NCBI GenBank assembly: GCA_050084985.1
Contig: JBITNC010000001.1
Location: forward strand, 101,618,001 to 101,682,000
Length of the DNA stretch: 64,000 nucleotides
Source of the DNA: Nageia nagi
Taxonomy: Eukaryota; Plantae; Pinophyta
Reading direction: 5' to 3'
A program made the translations under genes and the position numbers. A model generated the notes under the pieces. It was not told the DNA's origin. It saw only the letters and a program-made list of their open reading frames with translations, and searched no databases. Each line of letters opens with the position of its first letter. Within the stretch, counting starts at the first letter, position 1. Shown one piece after another: positions 53,600 to 64,000 of this stretch.

Positions 53600-56160
53600 C
53601 TACTTTTTCTTGAATATTTGTTTCATGAGTAATATTTTCCTATAATTCCTCAACTTTAGAACTAGAAGTTGAACCCAATTCTAAAGTTTTTAATACACAT
53701 TTTTTTTTGTCGCATCTAATGTTTGAAACAACACTTCCATTTCTCTTCCACCATCTTCATTGGGTACTTCCATAGCCATAGTTTATTTTTCTTTTTACTT
53801 CATGAAAATATGACAATCCATTTTATGCTCTATAATAATTAATTTCAATGCATTGCTATCCTACAAATATTTGAGTTGCTTTTCCTTTTCTCTAGATGCA
53901 TTTAATAAACTCTTCCATTATTTTTCAACCTCAACAAACAAATTATTTTCCTATTTTTTCAAATTATCAAAGTTGGATTGCAACAAAACAGCAAATAAAA
54001 ATATAAGTTAGAAAATTATTGAAATATGATACAACAAAACAACATAGCTACATAAGACTTAATCTATAATCTTTTTTGGCATAAGCTACATCTTTTGTAG
54101 CTTATGCAATTTTAACCTTATGCATATAATTGCCCATGTGTTGTAGTAGGATTATGCTTTTGCATTTAAATTTTTAACTTATTTAAAGCTTGAATTAATT
54201 CTTCATCTTCATATGGAGATGAAATTTTCTCTTTCCTAATGGTAGCCTCTTTAAAAAGAGCATGAAGCTTCTTTGATGAATTTTCAATCAATAAAAATAA
54301 TTTCTTGCTTTTATCATAGTTTGGGAAATGGGTGAGAATTTCTTTATAAATAATTTTTACTCAAAAATCCTACATTTTTGTATTAACAATAATAGGAAGC
54401 ATAAAATTCTTTATTATCACCTCAAAATTGCTTGTCACAAGATGATCAATAGCACATCATAGATGCAACCATTCTTCCTTCATTTAGGAAGTACCAACAT
54501 CAAACCAAATTTTGTTGATATTTCGGTTGGCTATACTATTGAATTATAGGAGCATATATTTTTTTCCTATCATATTTGGTTATTTTATTCTAAGAGCATT
54601 AATAGTACCTTATTATGCTACCATGCCTTACAAATATTCCTTGTCAACCTCTAAGGTACATAGTGTTGTATTACTTGATACCAAGTTTACATTCGATAGT
54701 GTAGATTTTGGAACATCACTAAAATGATGTAAATTATTAGAACCTAGAATTATCATTTTCATAATTCTTCTTCCCTTGCTTATCCTACCACTACTTCCTT
54801 GGGCTCTTTTAATCAAATATTGCTTAACCATGGTTTGTACTTGGCCCCAAATCATTGGAATAGGAGGAGGTTGTGTTATTGGAAAAGAAACAAGTTGAAC
54901 TTGAGATAATGAAGTGTCCACCCATATAAAAATTCATAAATAATAAAAAAAGTTACAATACAATCCAAATTAATGAAACTCTACTTTCAAATATGGCATA
55001 AGGTACTTTACTCACCTTTTGCTAGCATAGCTTGTGTGATAGACACAAGATGATATTGTGTTTTATACTCTTAACTTTCCATGTCGTTTAGTTCTGAAAT
55101 AATTGTAAACAACATTTGTAAAATTAGATTTAAAAAATGATCGTTTATATAAGAATGCATACTATCGTTCAAAGCTAAAATGTAGATGATCAATTATTTT
55201 TGAGTGCAAATGATAGTCTAATTTAAAATAAAAATGCTCATCTATATTTAGATATATATGATCATTTGCAATTAGATATACATGATCATTTTTATTCATA
55301 TAAAGATGATCATATTAATCTAAATACAAATGATGATTATCTATATCTAAAAACAAATGATTATTTGTATTTATATATAGATAATCATCTATATCTAAAT
55401 GCAAATGATCATATGCATTTAGATATAGATGATTAATTATCTGCATTTTAAATATAGATGATCACCTACATTCAAATAAAATGATCATTTGAATTTAGAT
55501 ACATAAGATCATTTGTATTTAAATTCAGATGATCATATGTATTATAGATTCAAATGAGATCATATAGAACATATTAAAAAATATTGATACTTTGTTAAAA
55601 TAAATGATATTGATATTCTAAAACCTATGAATTACTTGAAGGTTACATTTCATTTTGTTGTTCCACTTCATTTTCTAGAACATTCAACATGCTTATTGGA
55701 AAATAACTATGACTATGAACTAACATAGTCAAATGTTCACCAGATTCACTATTGACTCATTGATTCTAATTACTCTTACACCTTTTATGCCTTTTAGGGT
55801 TTTTTCAATTTCACCTTGGGAATCTCCCATATCCTCCAATTGCATACCTCTTATTGTAGCATTCATTCTAAAAGATAAATCGGTTGCTCTCTTCTATGTA
55901 CAACATATAGCAATAGTAAATATAATCAATCATTAGTTCATCAATGTCCATTAAAATATAATTTCATTTACCTTTCAATTTTTTTATATATTTTTACTTT
56001 CACATCATTAGTAGCCATAAATAACGATTTTAATTGACTATGAGATATAGTTGGCATGGGAGTGTTCAATAAGCCATATAAATCTTCATAATAAAAGGCA
56101 AGAAAATAATTAGTACAAGAAACAAAAACATTCAAATGAGATGTCAACATTTTAAGTGTC
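53600..56160 (-). pseudogene. Possible second, spliced gene of the hAT element (unknown product), convergent with the transposase
   Basis: Protein-like minus-strand segments (54628-54921, 55968-56162, ~54170-54500) and a strong donor AAG/GTGAGT at rc of 55010-55018. No family recognised. Confidence 0.35.
55130..55570. repeat. Degenerate ~24 bp tandem array (AGATATAYATGATCATYTRCATTT-like) within the hAT
   Basis: ATGATCAT/ATGATTAT cores recur at roughly 22-26 bp spacing. Confidence 0.75.
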
Positions 56161-57655
56161 AAAATATTAAGCTTTATCCTATTTGAAATAAAGCATCTTC
56201 AATCAAATCTTGTATTCTCTAAACAATAAAGAATGTAGTACAATCCCTAGAATGGAATGTCTACGTATCTTCCCTGAATAATGATTCTAGATTGGAAGAA
56301 CTCTATCAGAGCTTTTAAAAATTAGTTATGAACATCTGAAATATTAAGGCTCCTCCTATTCTAATTAAAAAACTATTGAAAATATTAGATTAGAAATATA
56401 AAAATGTTATAGTTTACAACTTTAACTGATAAACTTTCTACCTAGATACCATAGGTTTTTTCTAAGTATATTTTGTCCCCATTAGTTAAAATGGCTAATT
56501 TTGTATTCACAAATTCATAATTTTTGTATGGAAGACCTTTCAATCTATGCACATCCAAGGGTTTTATTGAGAATGAAATGGATTTATAGTGGACATTCAT
56601 AGTTACCATTGAATTCTCATTGTCTTAGGAGTTGATAATCACATCTAAGAGGAAAATAACCATGGGGAATATACCCATAGAAACCAAGGGGAGAAGACTT
56701 GATTCTTTGAGACAACTAGAGTTGTAACTAAGAGTAGTTAGAGTATTAGAAATAAGTGGGGCACATAATTTTTTCGTAACTATAAGATCTAGGTTGGGTT
56801 GAGCTCGATATCATGCAAAATGCTGAAGATACAAAGGATTTATAATAAAAGGGGAATTCATAAAATGAAGAAGTATATAGGGAGGGTCAAAGAATCTGGT
56901 GAAAGAGCCAGATAGTGAAAATGTTGAAGATGACTCCTTAAGGCTTTTTAACTATTTAGGGTCAAAGTGGGAGAGACATAGGTGACAAAATAGATAGGAA
57001 GTATTGGGAGCATTAAAGTCATTATAGACACGCAGATGGTTGAAAGTGAATGAACATGATCCCTAGAATGCTTTTTATAACATTTAATATGTATTTGCAT
57101 TAATTGTATACATCTGCATTAATCATGCTTGGTCAAGGCATTGTTTGTAGGTTAGAGCTAGATGTTTATATGTTTTCAATGTTGGATGCCATCCTTGGTT
57201 AGTTAAAGATACTCATAAGCATGTTAAGATGCTTGTCTACACCTTTTTATAGATGCTCATGCGCATCCTGACTTGTTAGGATGGTCATATTCAGTTTCTT
57301 TAAGATTCTCGTATGTATGTTCAAACGTTTATCTTCACTTTTGTTAAGATATTTGTATACATGTTAAGAAGCATATAAGATTTATGCATATACGCATAGG
57401 ATATATATACACATAATAATTATGTATATATCCTCATTACATTTATATATATATGCATAATATTTATGTATATACACATTACATATTATGTATATATACT
57501 CAAGATTTATGTATACGCATAAGATTTATGTATATATGCATAAGATTTATGCTCATCTTTTAGTGGATGAAAACTCTTGTAAGCATGTTAACTTTTTAAG
57601 ATACTTATTTACTCGTAAACATATTAACTTCATAATTACTTTAAGATACCCATAT

Positions 57656-60600
57656 TTTTTTTTTGGGTAAAAAAAACTTTGATTATACTGAAAAAGGTAT
57701 GTACATATGATGATAAGAATTAACTGGAGAGGCAAAAGCAAAATGGAGGACAACCAAGTATTTCAGAGTACAATCTATACCATCCTATTCAACGCCAAAC
57801 CACGGGGGAATGAGATCGCTAAGCATTGTAAGTGTAGATGCTACACCAACATTGTGAGATTGAGTTGAAGCCTTATGATGAAAAATTATGAGCAAGTTTT
57901 GTAGCCTGCTCTGGGTGTGCCAGCATCCATCTTTGGAGAATCATGGGCCACTGAGCAATATAGGTGCTCTCCTCACTTGGATTGATGCTATAGACAAGGT
58001 TGCTTCCAAAATATTGGTAAAGTATTTTACAAGCTTGAGCCAATGATTCTCTACATCTATTGGGTGACTTATTAAGTATTTTGTGGTTCCTCTCTAGACT
58101 TAAGGACCAAATGATGATAGCAAGGGTTTCCAGTACAGCAGTATAAATATAATCGATTGAGGTGTGACACCAGGATTGAGAAATGATCGAAATGCATCCT
58201 TTATAATTCAAATGAGTAGGGGGGACATGACATTAGGGAGAGTCCTGTCTCATCCTCAGAGGCATCAAGATATCTTCTAACTGATCCATGGTAGGGAGAG
58301 ATGGGAGGAGAAATTTCTGCCTGAGATGAAAGAGCTTTGGAGAAAAATATCTAATAGCATCCCAATGATGAATTGAAGTCAAATCGTCATGCCGAAGAAG
58401 ATAGATCATAGTGGGCATCTAAGATGTTCAATCAATTGCTTTTCAAAGCAATGCCAGATAGTGTCTGCATCAGTGGATTTACTTCTAAATAGCATGTGGT
58501 TTCTTTCTAACAAGATAACCTAGGTGAGCATTGCAAGCACTACATTCCATAGGGTTTTTGATAGAATACTTTTGGAAGGGGAATGCCAAACACTTAGTAG
58601 ATCGCCTATTGAGCCAGGGGTGACCCAGGCTATGGAGAATTTTTGCAGAAGCTTATCCCAAATATAAGTGGTGTATGAATAATGAATTAGCAGACGAGGG
58701 CCAGATTGATCAGCTTCATCGCATAACTCACAACGAAAGGGGCCATACCAACCTCTCTTCTTCAACTGGGCTCCTGTAAGGAATTTATCATGTGTTGCTA
58801 GCCATAGAAAGAAACAGGCCTTAGGCCAGCCTTTGAATTTCACACTCTGTTCAAGACTAGGGTAGGGAATTCAGGATGTAGTCTAGTGTTGAGCGCTGTG
58901 TAGGTAGATTTGACTGTGTACCCTTTCGTATCCTTGAGATACCAACCAATTTTATTTGTTGTATCTTCATATGTGAGCTTGTAAGAGGATAATAGCTCTT
59001 CAAATTTTTTGCTTCACTATTGAGCTCAGGGAAAATGTAGTTCAAACTTTTTTATTTCTTGACCTATTTACTTGATTCAACTACCCATTGTCAATAATCT
59101 GCAACTTTACTACCCCATTCTTGTGAAAGTTTAGGTTGCACATTTGAGAAGTCTCCTGAGGCTACAAGGGGTTGAGGAGTGATCCATTTATCATACCAAA
59201 AATCAACTTTAGTACAACTTTTAACTATTCATTTGAAGAATTTAAGAAGATGTGGTCTAACTTTTCGAATGTTGTTCCACATGGTTGAGCCCCATGGCAT
59301 AGTTTCAATGGTGAATACACATTCAGGCTCAGTTGATCTAAGATATTTGGAGTTGATGATCCTACTCCAAAGGGAATGGGGTTGTTAATAGATTTTCAAA
59401 AATTATTTTCCTAGCAATACTATATTCATCTGGTGTAAATTTTTAATACTTAGGCCTCCAAGAGATTTGATATGACTTACAATACTCCATTCCATAAGAG
59501 GCATTTTTGTTTACTTTGATGAGCCCTTGCCATAAGAATTCTTGAAACATTATTTTCAATTTTGATAGATTGTTTTATGGAATCCAGAAGGCACTTAGCC
59601 AAAAACTTAGAATTGGCCCTTGGACAGCCCTGATTTTCATGAGTCTCCCAGCAGTAGATAGCTAGTTCGCCTTCCAGAAGGGTATCTTTTTCCTAATCTT
59701 AGGAAGCATAGTGTCCTAGAAATCACCCATGTTACCCCAAAGAATCAATGGCATACCTAGGTAGGTATTAGGAAGGGTATCTATAATCATATTTGTGATG
59801 GAGGAAATCCTATCCATGAATTGAGTTGATAAGTTGATTCCAAATATCTTGGATTTGGACTTATTTATTGCTTTTCCAGAAGCAACTTCATAAAGGGTGA
59901 GGAACCTCATAATTATATGGATTTATTATATAGAGGGGTGGGCTGCTAAGAGGGTATCATTTACGAATTGGGAGTGGGTAATAACTGGTGAGTCTCTATG
60001 AAATTGCAAACCTATGATATTCCCTTGATTTTTAAGATTCTTAAGTCCCCTGCTAAATACGTCAACCATGATAATGAAAGCATAAGGGGATAAGGTATCA
60101 CCTTGTCTAATTCCCCTAAAGATTTTAAAGAAACCTTTGGATTCTCCATTTATAATGATTAAAAATTAGGGGGTTTCTATAAGAGAGGAAATCTAGTTAA
60201 TCCAATCCGTATCAAAACCAAATTTGTTGAGAATTTGAGCTAAGAAAGCCCAATTAACCCTGTCAAAGGCCTTAGCCATATCAAGCTTTAGGAGGATACC
60301 CTACCATTTGTGGTTATTGATGGAATGGATTAATTCATGTATAATTGCCACTCTGTCTAGCAAATGCTACCCACTAAAGAAAGGCTTTTTGTTCTTCCGA
60401 GATGATGGCAAGAAGAATCCTCTTTAAATGGTTCACTACCACTTTGGAAATCACCTTATAGACCACATTACAAAGCGAGATGGGTCTAAAAGCATCTATG
60501 GATTTTGTATCTTCTTTTTTTGGAACGAGAACAAGGAAAGTATGATTGAGATTCTTAAGCATTTATTTTAAGTTGAAATATTCTTGTACAACTCTAATGA

Positions 60601-62614
60601 GATATTCCTTGAAAAGGTACCAAAAGTGTTGAAAGAACCTTGGAGGAAACCATCTGGGCCAGGAGCCCCATAAGGTTTGCTTTGAAATAGGACAGCCTCA
60701 ACTTCTTCTTCCTTTATTGGAAATAAAAGTGATTGATTCTAAGATGAGGGAATCAATTTTAAGATGAAATTAAGAATTTGATCTTGTTCCTCTGTTCGCT
60801 GAGTGATTTCTTCTGTAAACGGGTTTTGAAAATAGGAAATTATGTGTTTTTTTAGAGTCTCTGTTGTAGAGTGTTGATACCCATCTATTGTCTCTAGATA
60901 AGATATTCTATTTTGATCCCAATGTGCCATGGTGGATAGATGGAAATATCTTGTATTCCTATCCCCCTCTTGGAGCCATTAGTTCTTGGACTTTTTCTTC
61001 CATAGAATTTCTTCCTGGAGATAGGCCTTTTCGAGGTCTACTAAAAATTATCTTTCTTGATCCAGCAGGTTGTTTGATTGAGAGATTTGCATTTGCAACT
61101 CTAATTATTGTAATTGAGACTCTAAATATTCCCTTGAATCAATAATATATCTAAAGTATTGTTTGTTCCATCGCTTTAACTTACCTTTTAAATGTTGAAG
61201 CTTTGTGGAGAATTTGTACATAGCAGTACCAAAGATGTGATTTTCCTCTGCCCACCATGATTCAATCAGTTCATTGAAATTTGGTTGAAGAAGCCACATT
61301 ATTTAAAATCTAAAGGGAGTAGATTTGGGTTTCATAGGTATCTCTCAATGAAGTACTATAGGTCAATGATCAGAAGATCCATTAGAAATGACTTCTATTT
61401 GCATGGAAATACCTTGATGAAGTCAGTTTGGTGATATTAAGAATCTATCGAGTTTCTCTTGAATCCTCTGAGCAGATTTTCTCCTGTTAGACCAAGTAAT
61501 GAACCCTTGATGCAAAAGGTCTCAATTAACTAAAGTTCCTCTATGAAATCATTGAAATCATCTGAGCTGGGATCTAGCTCTCTGGACCCACCTTCATTTC
61601 CCTCTAAGCGTCTGATGATGTTGAAGTATTTGCCAATAAAAAAAGGAGTAGCTCCTATGGTTGATATCCAATTAGAGATCTGAGATCATACCTCTTGCTT
61701 ATGTTTTGACTCCTAAGGGTCATAAACATTCACCGTTATGAATTTTCTACAAGTGGTAAGGCATTTTACTATGGTTGCCATCCAAAATTTAGTTGAAGAA
61801 TTTAGACAGCAGGAGACAAGCGAACTATCCCATAAGGTTAGCATCCCGTCTGATTGGCTTGTTGCAAAATTGGAAAACAAAGAGCTATTGTGCCAAAATT
61901 TTCTCTTAATTTTATATAATTCTCCTTTTTTTTTTTTTAATTTTGGATTCTTGGATGAAAAGAATTATGGATTTTTCCCATCGAACAAACCATCCTAATG
62001 TTAGGGGGAATGGAGGCCCCTTACATTCTAGGTAATTATCTTGATTGGCGAACCTCTACTTTTTTGGGACCCAAGAGATCCTCCAACAGTGTTTGTGAAC
62101 CGTATTCAATACCCTCCAGAGTTAAGAGTTGAAGTTTTTCCTACAAAGTCTTCCTACCAACCTTTGATTTTAAACTCTGGTTGTGAGAAGCTTTAAGAGC
62201 GATAGGGTGTTGTTTGTTAGCAGTTGGTTAAGTGGAAAAATTTTGGTGGATATTAGTTATTGGTAGTGATAGAGAGGGGTTGGAGTGGTCATTATGGATG
62301 GGGGGAGCATTGGTGTATTCCATCGACATATCCAAATCTGGAATTGGAATAGTAATCTCTAAAGAGTATTGGATACCTATAGGGTCATTCGAAGGGAGGT
62401 GAGTTGGAGTTTCAGAGGCTGGTTGGGTGTTGCAAAGATTTCCAAGATTGTACTAGTTTGGGGGGATTAGAGAGGGTTTAGGATCTGAGGTCTCTGTCTC
62501 AACTGGAGTTTGAAGAGGCTGGAAATGATTTGTTGATAAGGGGATAAGTGGAGCTTTGGTACTATGTATGGGCTGCAATTTACCATTGGGAGAGGGACCA
62601 AAAATGGGATACAG
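57656..62614 (-). mobile_element. L1-clade LINE, near-complete ORF2 (APE endonuclease, RT, zf-RVT, RNase H-like region), 5'-truncated in ORF1
   Basis: 12 bp TSD AGATACCCATAT at 57644-57655 and 62615-62626; poly(A) as a T-run at the left end. IIT*NVRGL (~62040), [68 protein letters not shown]...CELC. Retains more CpG than its neighbours. Confidence 0.95.
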
Positions 62615-63017
62615 AGATACCCATATGTTGTTATGTTAAGACACTTGTATGCATATTCTGATGCTTGTTTGGATGAAAATAGATTTGAGAGGCTCATCTT
62701 TATATATTGAACAATTTATTATTTCATTAATTATGAATATATAGTATCATCAACATATTACATTTTTTTTTAATTTTTTAAGTTTGCCACTTATTCTACA
62801 TGACTTTAGAATATATTTTGCCATGACTTCAAATCCATTTCACTGTATTTTAAATTTTTTTAATTTTACCATGGTTTGTTATACATAGCATTGTAGCCCA
62901 TATTGTGTGAACCATGTTACATAGTTTGTATTCTCTTGTGTGTGATCTTATTACTTATTTTCTTCTAGTTTAAGGTAGATTGATTGCTCAATTATTTTTA
63001 TATAATGAATCTTATCA

Positions 63018-64000
63018 ATACTTCCATGTTAGTCTTCATTTTTGGTAGGCCTAATCACAATCACATATTGTAGTTGCATATCCACAAAGTAAGAGTTGGA
63101 AAATCACCAAGACCTAATTCAAGTATCTAAGTCTAGATGAGCTTGGTTTACCGAGGAGTGCTAGTGTTGGGTATCTTATTGAGGTGCCATATATACATGT
63201 TGATAAACACATATTGATAGATTTATTTTAGTGATGAATGTCCTCCAAGGTTGGAAGAATATGGTAAAAGGGGAAAAATATGCTTGGGCACCTTTTATGC
63301 TTGACCATATTTATCATGATCTATACAATATCTGTGATGAAGAATGGGAGGAGAGTGGCTCATACATATATTCTTTAATGTTGAGTGTATGAGCACAAAG
63401 TAGTATTCTTACCTCTCGATACGTCAATAGATATCATAGATGATAATATTGTAGATTGGTATTGATGGACTATCTAGTGTAAAGTATCATGTATGCACAC
63501 TTCTGTGAATCAATGGTGGAAGGTTGTTGATTAGTTGGTTCTTGATGATGTAGTGTATAGACCATATAGTCAACCAACATGGGATGAGAGTACTTATGAG
63601 ATTAGCTAATAGTGGTATCCTTGTTATCTTCAAACTAGTAAGGAACTCATTGATACATATAGGCCTAATTTTATGATGCTTCATTTCAATCATGAGAAAG
63701 GTATACCTCTTCCATTTCATACTATGATATGGGTGTATTTGAGAGGGACATTAGATCCATGTGGTTTTGAAGTAGTACCTCATTGGATCATGAATTGTTC
63801 ACCTCTATAGGATGACAGCTCAAGATTAGATAATGATAATATGAAGATGGAGTTATTAGATATATACATTGCGTTGTGGGAGAAACATCGATCACGTCCC
63901 CTTGGCTTGTATGATGAAGAGAAACTTGAGAAGACCATAGAAGGAGCATATGAGAAAGATGGTGGTGGGGATGATATGGAGGATGAGGATGTGGGTATGG
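63018..64000 (+). pseudogene. Plant Mobile Domain (aminotransferase-like, MAIN-like) remnant, TE-borne
   Basis: KYAWAPFMLDHIYHDL (~63276), *VYEH and VVYRPY match the PMD motifs YAWG..LAxLY, WxYEH and WRPY, followed by an acidic tail. Confidence 0.7.

Larger units (their letters stand above)
44946..62893 (+). mobile_element. hAT-superfamily DNA transposon (with nested insertions)
   Basis: TIR CAGTGTTATGCAT / ATACATAGCATTG (10/13). 8 bp TSD TAGCCCAC (44938-44945) / TAGCCCAT (62894-62901). The host LTR rejoins exactly across it. TGCTCATCT-like repeats near both ends. Confidence 0.88.
42502..63017 (+). mobile_element. Short non-autonomous copia (Tork-like) element A whose 3' LTR is split by an 18 kb hAT
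   Basis: 5' LTR ~42502-43242. Perfect PBS TGGTATCAGAGC at 43245-43256. Protease-region remnant GVGKMKIKLPNG..EVRYIPYLRRNFISISKLD. Decayed PPT at ~44300-44313. 3' LTR 44314-44945 resumes at 62894-63017, matching 43114-43242. Confidence 0.88.

Noticed and set aside
2752-63720. The many 60-160 aa ORFs in the track as host genes
   Set aside because: Those I can recognise are fragments of decayed TE genes. The rest are antisense shadows or AT-rich chance ORFs.

Overview
This is an AT-rich plant nuclear window that is strongly depleted in CpG and CHG. Its TE families and decay pattern resemble a large gymnosperm-type genome (inference). It is almost entirely old, nested transposable elements, and I find no intact host gene. 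(1) A minus-strand LINE is split by a 6.4 kb gag-only Ty3/gypsy (Ogre/Tat-like) element with a perfect ATACC TSD. (2) A tRNA-like SINE has a 17 bp TSD, and a fold-back MITE lies next to it. (3) Two related pol-less copia-type elements have gag running into an acidic/hydrophobic region of unknown identity, and one is preceded by a poly-SIM-like ORF. (4) There is a solo LTR with a CATTA TSD. (5) A ~2.6 kb local duplication has its second copy split by an RNase H-bearing LINE that carries an extra 3' ORF. (6) A ~550 bp CpG-retaining island contains a perfect 18 bp palindrome. (7) A deep nest runs copia LTR > 18 kb hAT (ZNF862-like transposase, 8 bp TSD) > copia > Pack-CACTA carrying a captured PLS-class PPR fragment, and the same hAT also holds a younger LINE with a 12 bp TSD. 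(8) A Plant Mobile Domain remnant ends the window. All protein family calls come from manual translation and motif recognition. No searches were run.
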